A DNA stretch of 64,000 bases from Balanoglossus misakiensis (taxonomy: Eukaryota > Animalia > Hemichordata), in assembly GCA_040954595.2 (NCBI GenBank), contig CM082594.2, positions 1,444,247-1,508,246 on the forward strand, written 5' to 3'. The notes under the pieces are model-generated. The model worked only from the letters and a program-made list of their open reading frames with translations, made no database searches and was not told where the DNA came from. Positions 11,402 through 26,400 of the stretch are shown here, in pieces. The position numbers were made by a program, and so were the translations under genes. Each line of letters starts with the position of its first letter. The first letter of the stretch is position 1.

Positions 11402-14400
11402 AGCTAGTGGCCAGTGTCGTGCCCATCAATTTTGAGTGTTTGGTGGGGTCAACCTTTGTGTCAACATTGATTAGCCAGGCCAGAGCTAGTGGCCTGGGTG
11501 TCGTGCCCATCAATTTTGAGTGTTTGGTGGGGTCAACCCTTGCGTCAACATTGATTAGCCAGGCCAGAGCTAGTGGCCAGTGTCGTGCCCATCAATTTTG
11601 AGTGTTTGGTGGGGTCAACCCTTGCGTCAACATTGATTAGCCAGGCCAGAGCTAGTGGCCAGTGTCGTGCCCATCAATTTTGAGTGTTTGGTGGGGTCAA
11701 CCTTTGCGTCAACATTGATTAATCAGGCCATGCAGAGCTAGTGGCCAGTGTCGTGCCTATTAATTTTGAGTGTTTGGTGGGGTCAACCTTTGCGTCAACA
11801 TTGATTAGCCAGGCCAGAGCTAGTGGCCAGTGTCGTGCCCATCAATTTTGAGTGTTTGGTGGGGTCAACCTTTGCGTCAACATTGATTAGCCAGGCCAGA
11901 GCTAGTGGCCAGTGTCGTGCCCATCAATTTTGAGTGTTTGGTGGGGTCAACCTTTGCGTCAACATTGATTAGCCAGGCCAGAGCTAGTGGCCAGTGTCGT
12001 GCCCATCAATTTTGAGTGTTTGGTGGGGTCAACCTTTGCGTCAACATTGATTAGCCAGGCCAGAGCTAGTGGCCAGTGTCTTGCCCATCAATTTTGAGTG
12101 TTTGGTGGGGTCAACCCTTGCGTCAACATTGATTAGCCAGGCCAGAGCTAGTGGCCAGTGTCGTGCCCATCAATTTTGAGAGTTTGGTGGGGTCAACCCT
12201 TGCGTCAACATTGATTAGCCAGGCCAGAGCTAGTGGCCAGTGTCGTGCCCATCAATTTTGAGTGTTTGGTGGGGTCAACCCTTGCGTCAACATTGATTAG
12301 CCAGGCCAGAGCTAGTGGCCAGTGTCGTGCCCATCAATTTTGAGTGTTTGGTGGGGTCAACCCTTGCGTCAACATTGATAAGCCAGGCCAGAGCTAGTGG
12401 CCAGTGTCGAGCCCATCAATTTTGAGTGTTTGGTGGGGTCAACCTTTGCGTCAACATTGATTAACCAGGCCATGCAGAGCTAGTGGCCAGTGTCGTGCCC
12501 ATTAATTTTGAGTGTTTGGTGGGGTCAACCTTTGCGTCAACATTGATTGACCAGGCCATGCAGAGCTAGTGGCCAGTGTCGTGCCCATTAATTTTGAGTG
12601 TTTGGTGGGGTCAACCTTTGCGTCAACATTGATTAACCAGGCCATGCAGAGCTAGTGGCCAGTGTCGTGCCCATTAATTTTGAGTGTTTGGTGGGGTCAA
12701 CCTTTGCGTCAACATTGATTAACCAGGCCATGCAGAGCTAGTGGCCAGTGTCGTGCCTATTAATTTTGAGTGTTTGGTGGGGTCAACTTTTGCGTCAACA
12801 TTCATTAACCAGGCCATGCAGAGCTTAAGTGGCCAGTGTCGTGCCCGTAATTTTGAGTGTTTGGTGGGGTCAACCTTTGCGTCAACATTGATTAGCCAGG
12901 CCAGAGCTAGTGGCCAGTGTCGTGCCCATCAATTTTGAGTGTTTGGTGGGGTCAACCCTTGCGTCAACATTGATTAGCCAGGCCAGAGCTAGTGGCCAGT
13001 GTCGTGCCCATCAATTTTGAGTGTTTGGTGGGGTCAACCCTTGCGTCAACATTGATTAGCCAGGCCAGAGCTAGTGGCCAGTGTCGTGCCCATCAATTTT
13101 GAGTGTTTGGTGGGGTCAACCCTTGCGTCAACATTAATTAGCCAGGCCAGAGCTAGTGGCCAGTGTCGTGCCCATCAATTTTGAGTGTTTGGTGGGGTCA
13201 ACCCTTGCGTCAACATTGATTAACCAGGCCATGCAGAGCTAGTGGCCAGTGTCGTGCCCATTAATTTTGAGTGTTTGGTGGGGTCAACCTTTGCGTCAAC
13301 ATTGATTAACCAGGCCATGCAGAGCTAGTGGCCAGTGTCGTGCCCATTAATTTTGAGTGTTTGGTGGGGTCAACCTTTGCGTCAACATTGATTAACCAGG
13401 CCATGCAGAGCTAGTGGCCAGTGTCGTGCCTATTAATTTTCAGTGTTTGGTGGGGTCAACCTTTGCGTCAACATTGATTAACCAGGCCATGCAGAGCTAG
13501 TGGCCAGTGTCGTGCCCATTAATTTTGAGTGTTTGGTGGGGTCAACCTTTGCGTCAACATTGATTAACCAGGCCATGCAGAGCTAGTGGCCAGTGTCGTG
13601 CCCATCAATTTTGAGTGTTTGGTGTGGTCAACCTTTGCGTCAACATTGATTAACCAGGCCATGCAGAGCTAGTGGCCAGTGTCGTGCCCATTAATTTTGA
13701 GTGTTTGGTGGGGTCAACCTTTGCGTCAACATTGATTAACCAGGCCATGCAGAGCTAGTGGCCAGTGTCGTGCCTATTAATTTTGAGTGTTTGGTGGGGT
13801 CAACCTTTGCGTCAACATTGATTAACCAGGCCATGCAGAGCTAGTGGCCAGTGTCGTGCCCATTAATTTTGAGTGTTTGGTGGGGTCAACCTTTGCGTCA
13901 ACATTGATTAACCAGGCCATGCAGAGCTAGTGGCCAGTGTCGTGCCCATCAATTTTGAGTGTTTGATGTGGTCAACCTTTGCGTCAACATTGATTAACCA
14001 GGCCATGCAGAGCTAGTGGCCAGTGTCGTGCCCATCAATATTGAGTGTTCGGTGGGGTCAACCTTTGCGTCAACATTGATTAACCAGGCCATGCAGAGCT
14101 AGTGGCCAGTGTCGTGCCCATCAATTTTGAGTGTTTGGTGGGGTCAACCTTTGCGTCAACATTGATTAACCAGGCCATGCAGAGCTAGTGGCCAGTGTCG
14201 TGCCCATCAATTTCGAGTGTTTGGTGGGGGTCAACCTTTGCGTCAACATTGATTAACCAGGCCATGCAGAGCTAGTGGCCAGTGTCGTGCCCATCAATTT
14301 CGAGTGTTTGGTGGGGTCAACCTTTGCGTCAACATTGATTAACCAGGCCATGCAGAGCTAGTGGCCAGTGTCGTGCCCATCAATTTTGAGTGTTTGGTGG

Positions 14401-17400
14401 GGTCAACCTTTGCGTCAACATTGATTAACCAGGCCATGCAGAGCTAGTGGCCAGTGTCGTGCCCATCAATTTTGAGTGTTTGGTGGGGTCAACCTTTGCG
14501 TCAACATTGATTAACCTGGCCATGTAGAGCTAGTGGCCAGTGTCGTGCCCATCAATTTTGAGTGTTTGGTGGGGTCAACCTTTGCGTCAACATTGATTAA
14601 CCAGGCCATGCAGAGCTAGTGGCCAGTGTCGTTCCCATCAATTTTGAGTGTTTGGTGGGGTCAACCTTTGCGTCAACATTGATTAACCAGGCCATGCAGA
14701 GCTAGTGGCCAGTGTCGTGCCCATCAAATTTGAGTGTTTGGTGGGGTCAACCCTTGCGTCAACATTGATTAGCCAGGCCAGAGCTAGTGGCCAGTGTCGT
14801 GCCCATCAATTTTGAGAGTTTGGTGGGGTCAACCCTTGCGTCAACATTGATTAACCAGGCCAGAGCTAGTGGCCAGTGTCGTGCCCATCAATTTTGAGTG
14901 TTTGGTGGGGTCAACCATTGCGTCAACATTGATTAACCAGGCCATGCAGAGCTAGTGGCCAGTGTCGTGCCCATCAATTTTGAGTGTTTGGTGGGGTCAA
15001 CCTTTGCGTCAACATTGATTAACCAGGCCATGCAGAGCTAGTGGCCAGTGTCGTGCCCATCAATTTTGAGTGTTTGGTGGGGTCAACCTTTGCGTCAACA
15101 TTGATTAACCAGGCCATGCAGAGCTAGTGGCCAGTGTCGTGCCCATCAAATTTGAGTGTTTGGTGGGGTCAACCCTTGCGTCAACATTGATTAGCCAGGC
15201 CAGAGCTAGTGGCCAGTGTCGTGCCCATCAATTTTGAGTGTTTGGTGGGGTCAACCTTTGCGTCAACATTGATTAACCGGGCCATGCAGAGCTAGTGGCC
15301 AGTGTCGTGCTCATCAATTTTGAGTGTTTGGTGTGGTCAACCTTTGCGTCAACATTGATTAACCGGGCCATGCAGAGCTAGTGGCCAGTGTCGTGCCCAT
15401 CAATTTTGAGTGTTTGGTGGGGTCAACCTTTGCGTCAACATTGATTAACCGGGCCATGCAGAGCTAGTGGCCAGTGTCGTGCCCATCAATTTTGAGTGTT
15501 TGGTGGGGTCAACCTTTGCGTCAACATTGATTAACCAGGCCATGCAGAGCTAGTGGCCAGTGTCGTGCCCATCAATTTTGAGTGTTTGGTGGGGTCAACC
15601 TTTGCGTCAACATTGATTAACCGGGCCATGCAGAGCTAGTGGCCAGTGTCTTGCCCATCAATTTTGAGTGTTTGGTGGGGTCAACCTTTGCGTCAACATT
15701 GATTAACCAGGCCATGCAGAGCTAGTGGCCAGTGTCGTGCCCATCAATTTTGAGTGTTTGGTGGGGTCAACCTTGCGTCAACATTGATTAACCAGGCCAT
15801 GCAGAGCTAGTGGCCAGTGTCGTGCCCATCAATTTTGAGTGTTTGGTGGGGTCAACCTTTGCGTCAAGGCCAGTGTCGTGCCCATCAATTTTGAGTGTTT
15901 GGTGGGGTCAACCTTTGCGTCAACATTGATTAACCAGGCCATTCAGAGCTAGTGGCCAGTGTCGTGCCCATCAATTTTGAGTGTTTGGTGGGGTCAACCT
16001 TTGCGTCAACATTGATTAACCAGGCCATGCAGAGCTAGTGGCCAGTGTCGTGCCCATCAATTTTGAGTGTTTGGTGGGGTCAACCTTTGCGTCAACATTG
16101 ATTAACCAGGCCATGCAGAGCTAGTGGCCAGTGTCGTGCCCATCAATTTTGAGTGTTTGGTGGGGTCAACCTTTGCGTCAACATTGATTAACCGGGCCAT
16201 GCAGAGCTAGTGGCCAGTGTCGTGCCCATCAATTTTGAGTGTTTGGTGGGGTCAACCTTTGCGTCAACATTGATTAACCAGGCCATGCAGAGCTAGTGGC
16301 CAGTGTCGTGCCCATCAATTTTGAGTGTTTGGTGGGGTCAACCTTTGCGTCAACATTGATTAACCGGGCCATGCAGAGCTAGTGGCCAGTGTCTTGCCCA
16401 TCAATTTTGAGTGTTTGGTGGGGTCAACCTTTGCGTCAACATTGATTAACCAGGCCATGCAGAGCTAGTGGCCAGTGTCGTGCCCATCAATTTTGAGTGT
16501 TTGGTGGGGTCAACCTTGCGTCAACATTGATTAACCAGGCCATGCAGAGCTAGTGGCCAGTGTCGTGCCCATCAATTTTGAGTGTTTGGTGGGGTCAACC
16601 TTTGCGTCAAGGCCAGTGTCGTGCCCATCAATTTTGAGTGTTTGGTGGGGTCAACCTTTGCGTCAACATTGATTAACCAGGCCATTCAGAGCTAGTGGCC
16701 AGTGTCGTGCCCATCAATTTTGAGTGTTTGGTGGGGTCAACCTTTGCGTCAACATTGATTAACCAGGCCATGCAGAGCTAGTGGCCAGTGTCGTGCCCAT
16801 CAATTTTGAGTGTTTGGTGGGGTCAACCTTTGCGTCAACATTGATTAACCAGGCCATGCAGAGCTAGTGGCCAGTGTCGTGCCCATCAATTTTGAGTGTT
16901 TGGTGGGGTCAACCTTTGCGTCAACATTGATTAACCAGGCCATGCAGAGCTTGTGGCCAGTGTCGTGCCCATCAATTTTGAGTGTTTGGTGGGGTCAACC
17001 TTTGCGTCAACATTGATTAACCAGGCCATGCAGAGCTAGTGGCCAGTGTCGTGCCCATCAATTTTGAGTGTTTGGTGGGGTCAACCTTTGCGTCAACATT
17101 GATTAACCAGGCCATGCAGAGCTAGTGGCCAGTGTCGTGCCCATCAATTTTGAGTGTTTGGTGGGGTCAACCTTTGCGTCAACATTGATTAACCAGGCCA
17201 TGCAGAGCTAGTGGCCAGTGTCGTGCCCATCAATTTTGAGTGTTTGGTGGGGTCAACCTTTGCGTCAACATTGATTAACCAGGCCATGCAGAGCTAGTGG
17301 CCAGTGTCGTGCCCATTAATTTTGAGTGTTTGGTGGGGTCAACCTTTGCGTCAACATTGATTAACCAGGCCATGCAGAGCTAGTGGCCAGTGTCGTGCCC

Positions 17401-20400
17401 ATCAATTTTGAGTGTTTGGTGGGGTCAACCTTTGCGTCAACATTGATTAACCAGGCCATTCAGAGCTAGTGGCCAGTGTCGTGCCCATCAATTTTGAGTG
17501 TTTGGTGGGGTCAACCTTTGCGTCAACATTGATTAACCAGGCCATGCAGAGCTAGTGGCCAGTGTCGTGCCCATCAATTTTGAGTGTTTGGTGGGGTCAA
17601 CCTTTGCGTCAACATTGATTAACCAGGCCATGCAGAGCTAGTGGCCAGTGTCGTGCCCATCAATTTTGAGTGTTTGGTGGGGTCAACCTTTGCGTCAACA
17701 TTGATTAACCAGGCCATGCAGAGCTTGTGGCCAGTGTCGTGCCCATCAATTTTGAGTGTTTGGTGGGGTCAACCTTTGCGTCAACATTGATTAACCAGGC
17801 CATGCAGAGCTAGTGGCCAGTGTCGTGCCCATCAATTTTGAGTGTTTGGTGGGGTCAACCTTTGCGTCAACATTGATTAACCAGGCCATGCAGAGCTAGT
17901 GGCCAGTGTCGTGCCCATCAATTTTGAGTGTTTGGTGGGGTCAACCTTTGCGTCAACATTGATTAACCAGGCCATGCAGAGCTAGTGGCCAGTGTCGTGC
18001 CCATCAATTTTGAGTGTTTGGTGGGGTCAACCTTTGCGTCAACATTGATTAACCAGGCCATGCAGAGCTAGTGGCCAGTGTCGTGCCCATTAATTTTGAG
18101 TGTTTGGTGGGGTCAACCTTTGCGTCAACATTGATTAACCAGGCCATGCAGAGCTAGTGGCCAGTGTCGTGCCCATTAATTTTGAGTGTTTGGTGGGGTC
18201 AACCTTTGCGTCAACATTGATTAACCAGGCCATGCAGAGCTAGTGGCCAGTGTCGTGCCCATTCATTTTGAGTGTTTGGTGGGGTCAACCTTTGCGTCAA
18301 CATAAATTAACCAGGCCATGCAGAGCTAGTGGCCAGTGTCGTGCCCATAAATTTTGAGTGTTTGGTGGGGTCAACCTATGCGTCAGCATTGATTAACCAG
18401 GCCATGCAGAGCTAGTGGCCAGTGTCGTGCCCATTAATTTTGAGTGTTTGGTGGGGTCAACCTTTGCGTCAGCATTGATTAACCAGGCCAGAGCTAGTGG
18501 ACAGTGTCGTGCCCATTAATTTTGAGTGTTTGGTGGGGTCAACCTTTGCGTCAACATTGATTAACCAGGCCATGCAGAGCTAGTGGCCAGTGTCGTGCCC
18601 ATCAATTTTGAGCGTTTGGTGGGGTCAACCTTTGCGTCAACATTAATTAACCAGGCCATGCAGAGCTAGTGGCCAGTGTCGTGCCCATCAATTTTGAGTG
18701 TTTGGTGGGGTCAACCTTTGCGTCAACATTGATTAACCAGGCCATGCAGAGCTAGTGGCCAGTGTCGTGCCCATCAATTTTGAGTGTTTGGTGGGGTCAA
18801 CCTTTGCGTCAACATTGATTAACCAGGCCATGCAGAGCTGGTGGCCAGTGTCGTGCCCATCAATTTTGAGTGTTTGGTGGGGTCAACCTTTGCGTCAACA
18901 TTGATTAACCAGGCCATGCAGAGCTAGTGGCCAGTGTCGTGCCCATCAATTTTGAGTGTTTGGTGGGGTCAACCTTTGCGTCAACATTGATTAACCAGGC
19001 CATGCAGAGCTAGTGGCCAGTGTCGTGCCCATCAATTTTGAGTGTTTGGTGGAGTCAACCTTTGCGTCAACATTGATTAACCAGGCCATGCAGAGCTTGT
19101 GGCCAGTGTCGTGCCCATCAATTTTGAGTGTTTGGTGGGGTCAACCTTTGCGTCAACATTGATTAACCAGGCCATGCAGAGCTAGTGGCCAGTGTCGTGC
19201 CCATTAATTTTGAGTGTTTGGTGGGGTCAACCTTTGCGTCAACATTGATTAACCAGGCCATGCAGAGCTAGTGGCCAGTGTCGTGCCCATTCATTTTGAG
19301 TGTTTGGTGGGGTCAACCTTTGCGTCAACATTGATTAACCAGGCCATGCAGAGCTAGTGGCCAGTGTCGTGCCCATAAATTTTGAGTGTTTGGTGGGGTC
19401 AACCTATGCGTCAGCATTGATTAACCAGGCCATGCAGAGCTAGTGGCCAGTGTCGTGCCCATTAATTTTGAGTGTTTGGTGGGGTCAACCTTTGCGTCAG
19501 CATTGATTAACCAGGCCAGAGCTAGTGGACAGTGTCGTGCCCATTAATTTTGAGTGTTTGGTGGGGTCAACCTTTGCGTCAACATTGATTAACCAGGCCA
19601 TGCAGAGCTAGTGGCCAGTGTCGTGCCCATCAATTTTGAGCGTTTGGTGGGGTCAACCTTTGCGTCAACATTAATTAACCAGGCCATGCAGAGCTAGTGG
19701 CCAGTGTCGTGCCCATCAATTTTGAGTGTTTGGTGGGGTCAACCTTTGCGTCAACATTGATTAACCTGGCCATGCACAGCTAGTGGCCAGTGTCGTGCCC
19801 ATCAATTTTGAGTGTTTGGTGGGGTCAACCTTTGCGTCAACATTGATTAACCAGGCCATGCAGAGCTGGTGGCCAGTGTCGTGCCCATCAATTTTGAGTG
19901 TTTGGTGGGGTCAACCTTTGCGTCAACATTGATTAACCAGGCCATGCAGAGCTAGTGGCCAGTGTCGTGCCCATCAATTTTGAGTGTTTGGTGGGGTCAA
20001 CCTTTGCGTCAACATTGATTAACCAGGCCATGCAGAGCTAGTGGCCAGTGTCGTGCCCATCAATTTTGAGTGTTTGGTGGGGTCAACCTTTGCGTCAACA
20101 TTGATTAACCAGGCCATGCAGAGCTAGTGGCCAGTGTCGTGCCCATCAATTTTGAGTGTTTGGTGGGGTCAACCTTTGCGTCAACATTGATTAACCAGGC
20201 CATGCAGAGCTAGTGGCCAGTGTCGTGCCCATCAATTTTGAGTGTTTGGTGGGGTCAACCTTGCGTCAACATTGATTAACCAGGCCATGCAGAGCTAGTG
20301 GCCAGTGTCGTGCCCATCAATTTTGAGTGTTTGGTGGGGTCAACCTTTGCGTCAACATTGATTAACCAGGCCATGCAGAGCTAGTGGCCAGTGTCGTGCC

Positions 20401-23400
20401 CATCAATTTTGAGTGTTTGGTGGGGTCAACCTTTGCGTCAACATTGATTAACCAGGCCATGCAGAGCTAGTGGCCAGTGTCGTGCCCATCAATTTTGAGT
20501 GTTTGGTGGGGTCAACCTTTGCGTCAACATTGATTAACCAGGCCATGCAGAGCTAGTGGCCAGTGTCGTGCCCATAAATTTTGAGTGTTTGGTGGGGTCA
20601 ACCTATGCGTCAGCATTGATTAACCAGGCCATGCAGAGCTAGTGGCCAGTGTCGTGCCCATTAATTTTGAGTGTTTGGTGGGGTCAACCTTTGCGTCAGC
20701 ATTGATTAACCAGGCCAGAGCTAGTGGACAGTGTCGTGCCCATTAATTTTGAGTGTTTGGTGGGGTCAACCTTTGCGTCAACATTGATTAACCAGGCCAT
20801 GCAGAGCTAGTGGCCAGTGTCGTGCCCATCAATTTTGAGCGTTTGGTGGGGTCAACCTTTGCGTCAACATTAATTAACCAGGCCATGCAGAGCTAGTGGC
20901 CAGTGTCGTGCCCATCAATTTTGAGCGTTTGGTGGGGTCAACCTTTGCGTCAACATTGATTAACCTGGCCATGCAGAGCTAGTGGCCAGTGTCGTGCCCA
21001 TCAATTTTGAGTGTTTGGTGGGGTCAACCTTTGCGTCAACATTGATTAACCAGGCCATGCAGAGCTGGTGGCCAGTGTCGTGCCCATCAATTTTGAGTGT
21101 TTGGTGGGGTCAACCTTTGCGTCAACATTGATTATCCAGGCCATGCAGAGCTAGTGGCCAGTGTCGTGCCCATCAATTTTGAGTGTTTGGTGGGGTCAAC
21201 CTTTGCGTCAACATTGATTAACCAGGCCATGCAGAGCTAGTGGCCAGTGTCGTGCCCATCAATTTTGAGTGTTTGGTGGGGTCAACCTTTGCGTCAACAT
21301 TGATTAACCAGGCCATGCAGAGCTAGTGGCCAGTGTCGTGCCCATCAATTTTGAGTGTTTGGTGGGGTCAACCTTTGCGTCAACATTGATTAACCAGGCC
21401 ATGCAGAGCTAGTGGCCAGTGTCGTGCCCATCAATTTTGAGTGTTTGGTGGGGTCAACCTTGCGTCAACATTGATTAACCAGGCCATGCAGAGCTAGTGG
21501 CCAGTGTCGTGCCCATCAATTTTGAGTGTTTGGTGGGGTCAACCTTTGCGTCAACATTGATTAACCAGGCCATGCAGAGCTAGTGGCCAGTGTCGTGCCC
21601 ATCAATTTTGAGTGTTTGGTCGGGTCAACCTTTGCGTCAACATTGATTAACCAGGCCATGCAGAGCTAGTGGCCAGTGTCGTGCCCATCAATTTTGAGTG
21701 TTTGGTGGGGTCAACCTTTGCGTCAACATTGATTAACCAGGCCATGCAGAGCTAGTGGCCAGTGTCATGCCCATCAATTTTGAGTGTTTGGTGGGGTCAA
21801 CCTTTGCGTCAACATTGATTAACCAGGCCATGCAGAGCTAGTGGCCAGTGTCGTGCCCATCAATTTTGAGTGTTTGGTGGGGTCAACCTTTGCGTCAACA
21901 TTGATTTACCAGGCCATGCAGAGCTAGTGGCCAGTGTCGTGCCCATCAATTTTGAGTGTTTGGTGGGGTCAACCTTGCGTCAACATTGATTAACCAGGCC
22001 ATGCAGAGCTAGTGGCCAGTGTCGTGCCCATCAATTTTGAGTGTTTGGTGGGGTCAACCTTTGCGTCAACATTGATTAACCAGGCCATGCAGAGCTAGTG
22101 GCCAGTGTCGTGCCCATCAATTTTGAGTGTTTGGTGGGGTCAACCTTTGCGTCAACATTGATTAACCAGGCCATGCAGAGCTAGTGGCCAGTGTCGTGCC
22201 CATCAATTTTGAGTGTTTGGTGGGGTCAACCTTTGCGTCAACATTGATTAACCAGGCCATGCAGAGCTAGTGGCCAGTGTCATGCCCATCAATTTTGAGT
22301 GTTTGGTGGGGTCAACCTTTGCGTCAATATTGATTAACCAGGCCATGCAGAGCTAGTGGCCAGTGTCGTGCCCATCAATTTTGAGTGTTTGGTGGGGTCA
22401 ACCTTTGCGTCAACATTGATTAACCAGGCCATGCAGAGCTAGTGGCCAGTGTCGTGCCCATCAATTTTGAGTGTTTGGTGGGGTCAACCTTTGCGTCAAC
22501 ATTGATTAACCAGGCCATGCAGAGCTAGTGGCCAGTGTCGTGCCCATCAATTTTGAGTGTTTGGTGGGGTCAACCTTTGCGTCAACATTGATTAACCAGG
22601 CCATGCAGAGCTAGTGGCCAGTGTCGTGCCCATCAATTTTGAGTGTTTGGTGGGGTCAACCTTTGCGTCAGCATTGATTAACCAGGCCATGCAGAGCTAG
22701 TGGCCAGTGTCGTGCCCATCAATTTTGAGTGTTTGGTGGGGTCAACCTTTGCGTCAACATTGATTAACCAGGCCATGCAGAGCTAGTGGCCAGTGTCGTG
22801 CCCATCAATTTTGAGTGTTTGGTGGGGTCAACCTTTGCGTCAACATTGATTAACCAGGCCATGCAGAGCTAGTGGCCAGTGTCGTGCCCATCAATTTTGA
22901 GTGTTTGGTGGGGTCAACCTTTGCGTCAACATTGATTAACCAGGCCATGCAGAGCTAGTGGCCAGTGTCATGCCCATCAATTTTGAGTGTTTGGTGGGGT
23001 CAACCTTTGCGTCAACATTGATTAACCAGGCCATGCAGAGCTAGTGGCCAGTGTCGTGCCCATCAATTTTGAGTGTTTGGTGGGGTCAACCTTTGCGTCA
23101 ACATTGATTAACCAGGCCATGCAGAGCTAGTGGCCAGTGTCGTGCCCATCAATTTTGAGTGTTTGGTGGGGTCAACCTTTGCGTCAACATTGATTAACCA
23201 GGCCATGCAGAGCTAGTGGCCAGTGTCGTGCCCATCAATTTTGAGTGTTTGGTGGGGTCAACCTTTGCGTCAACATTGATTAACCAGGCCATGCAGAGCT
23301 AGTGGCCAGTGTCGTGCCCATCAATTTTGAGTGTTTGGTGGGGTCAACCTTTGCGTCAGCATTGATTAACCAGGCCATGCAGAGCTAGTGGCCAGTGTCG

Positions 23401-26400
23401 TGCCCATCAATTTTGAGTGTTTGGTGGGGTCAACCTATGCGTCAGCATTGATTAACCAGGCCATGCAGAGCTAGTGGCCAGTGTCGTGCCCATCAATTTT
23501 GAGTGTTTGGTGGGGTCAACCTTTGCGTCAGCATTGATTAACCACGCCATGCAGAGCTAGTGGCCAGTGTCGTGCCCATTAATTTTGAGTGTTTGGTGGG
23601 GTCAACCTTTGCGTCAGCATTGATTAACCAGGCTATGCAGAGCTAGTGGCCAGTGTCGTGCCCATTAATTTTGAGTGTTTGGTGGGGTCAACCTTTGCGT
23701 CAACATTGATTAACCAGGCCATGCAGAGCTAGTGGCCAGTGTCGTGCCCATTAATTTTGAGTGTTTGGTGGGGTCAACGTTTGCGTCAACATTGATTAAC
23801 CAGGCCATGCAGAGCTAGTGGCCAGTGTCGTGCCCATTAATTTTGAGTGTTTGGTGGGGTCAACGTTTGCGTCAACATTGATTAACCAGGCCATGCAGAG
23901 CTAGTGGCCAGTGTCGTGCCCATTAATTTTGAGTGTTTGGTGGGGTCAACCTTTGCGTCAACATTGATTAACCAGGCCATGCAGAGCTAGTGGCCAGTGT
24001 CGTGCCCATTCATTTTGAGTGTTTGGTGGGGTCAACCTTTGCGTCAACATTAATTAACCAGGCCAGAGCTAGTGGCCAGTGTCGTGCCCATTAATTTTGA
24101 GTGTTTGGTGGGGTCAACCTTTGCGTCAACATTGATTAACCAGGCCATGCAGAGCTAGTGGCCAGTGTCGTGCCCATTAATTTTGAGTGTTTGGTGGGGT
24201 CAACCTATGCGTCAGCATTGATTAACCAGGCCATGCAGAGCTAGTGGCCAGTGTCGTGCCCATCAATTTTGAGTGTTTGGTGGGGTCAACCTTTGCGTCA
24301 GCATTGATTAACCAGGCCAGAGCTAGTGGCCAGTGTCGTGCCCATTAATTTTGAGTGTTTGGTGGGGTCAACCTTGCGTCAGCATTGATTAACCAGGCCA
24401 GAGCTAGTGGCCAGTGTCGTGCCCATTAATTTTGAGTGTTTGGTGGGGTCAACCTTTGCGTCAGCATTGATTAACCACGCCAGAGCTAGTGGCCAGTGTC
24501 GTGCCCATTCATTTTGAGTGTTTGGTGGGGTCAACCTTTGCGTCAACATTGATTAACCAGGCCATGCAGAGCTAGTGGCCAGTGTCGTGCCCATTCATTT
24601 TGAGTGTTTGGTGGGGTCAACCTTTGCGTCAACATTGATTAACCAGGCCAAAGCTAGTGGCCAGTGTCGTGCCCATTAATTTTGAGTGTTTGGTGGGGTC
24701 AACCTTTGCGTCAACATTGATTAACCAGGCCATGCAGAGCTAGTGGCCAGTGTCGTGCCCATTAATTTTGAGTGTTTGGTGGGGTCAACCTATGCGTCAG
24801 CATTGATTAACCAGGCCATGCAGAGCTAGTGGCCAGTGTTGTGCCCATTAATTTTGAGTGTTTGGTGGGGTCTACCTTTGCGTCAGCATTGATTAACCAG
24901 GCCAGAGCTAGTGGCCAGTGTCGTGCCCATTAATTTTGAGTGTTTGGTGGGGTCAACCTTTGCGTCAGCATTGATTAACCAGGCCAGAGCTAGTGGCCAG
25001 TGTCGTGCCCATTAATTTTGAGTGTTTGGTGGGGTCAACCTTTGCATCAGCATTGATTAACCAGGCCAGAGCTAGTGGCCAGTGTCGTGCCCATTAATTT
25101 TGAGTGTTTGGTGGGGTCAACCTTTGCGTCAACATTGATTAACCAGGCCATGCAGAGCTAGTGGCCAGTGTCGTGCCCATTCATTTTGAGTGTTTGGTGG
25201 GGTCAACCTTTGCGTCAACATTGATTAACCAGGCCAGAGCTAGTGGCCAGTGTCGTGCCCATTAATTTTGAGTGTTTGGTGGGGTCAACCTTTGCGTCAA
25301 CATTGATTAACCAGGCCATGCAGAGCTAGTGGCCAGTGTCGTGCCCATTAATTTTGAGTGTTTGGTGGGGTCAACCTATGCGTCAGCATTGATTAACCAG
25401 GCCATGCAGAGCTAGTGGCCAGTGTCGTGCCCATCAATTTTGAGTGTTTGGTGGGGTCAACCTTTGCGTCAGCATTGATTAACCAGGCCAGAGCTAGTGG
25501 CCAGTGTCGTGCCCATTAATTTTGAGTGTTTGGTGGGGTCAACCTTGCGTCAGCATTGATTAACCAGGCCAGAGCTAGTGGCCAGTGTCGTGCCCATTAA
25601 TTTTGAGTGTTTGGTGGGGTCAACCTTTGCGTCAGCATTGATTAACCACGCCAGAGCTAGTGGCCAGTGTCGTGCCCATTCATTTTGAGTGTTTGGTGGG
25701 GTCAACCTTTGCGTCAACATTGATTAACCAGGCCATGCAGAGCTAGTGGCCAGTGTCGTGCCCATTCATTTTGAGTGTTTGGTGGGGTCAACCTTTGCGT
25801 CAACATTGATTAACCAGGCCAAAGCTAGTGGCCAGTGTCGTGCCCATTAATTTTGAGTGTTTGGTGGGGTCAACCTTTGCGTCAACATTGATTAACCAGG
25901 CCATGCAGAGCTAGTGGCCAGTGTCGTGCCCATTAATTTTGAGTGTTTGGTGGGGTCAACCTATGCGTCAGCATTGATTAACCAGGCCATGCAGAGCTAG
26001 TGGCCAGTGTTGTGCCCATTAATTTTGAGTGTTTGGTGGGGTCTACCTTTGCGTCAGCATTGATTAACCAGGCCAGAGCTAGTGGCCAGTGTCGTGCCCA
26101 TTAATTTTGAGTGTTTGGTGGGGTCAACCTTTGCGTCAGCATTGATTAACCAGGCCAGAGCTAGTGGCCAGTGTCGTGCCCATTAATTTTGAGTGTTTGG
26201 TGGGGTCAACCTTTGCATCAGCATTGATTAACCAGGCCAGAGCTAGTGGCCAGTGTCGTGCCCATTAATTTTGAGTGTTTGGTGGGGTCAACCTTTGCGT
26301 CAACATTGATTAACCAGGCCATGCAGAGCTAGTGGCCAGTGTCGTGCCCATTCATTTTGAGTGTTTGGTGGGGTCAACCTTTGCGTCAACATTGATTAAC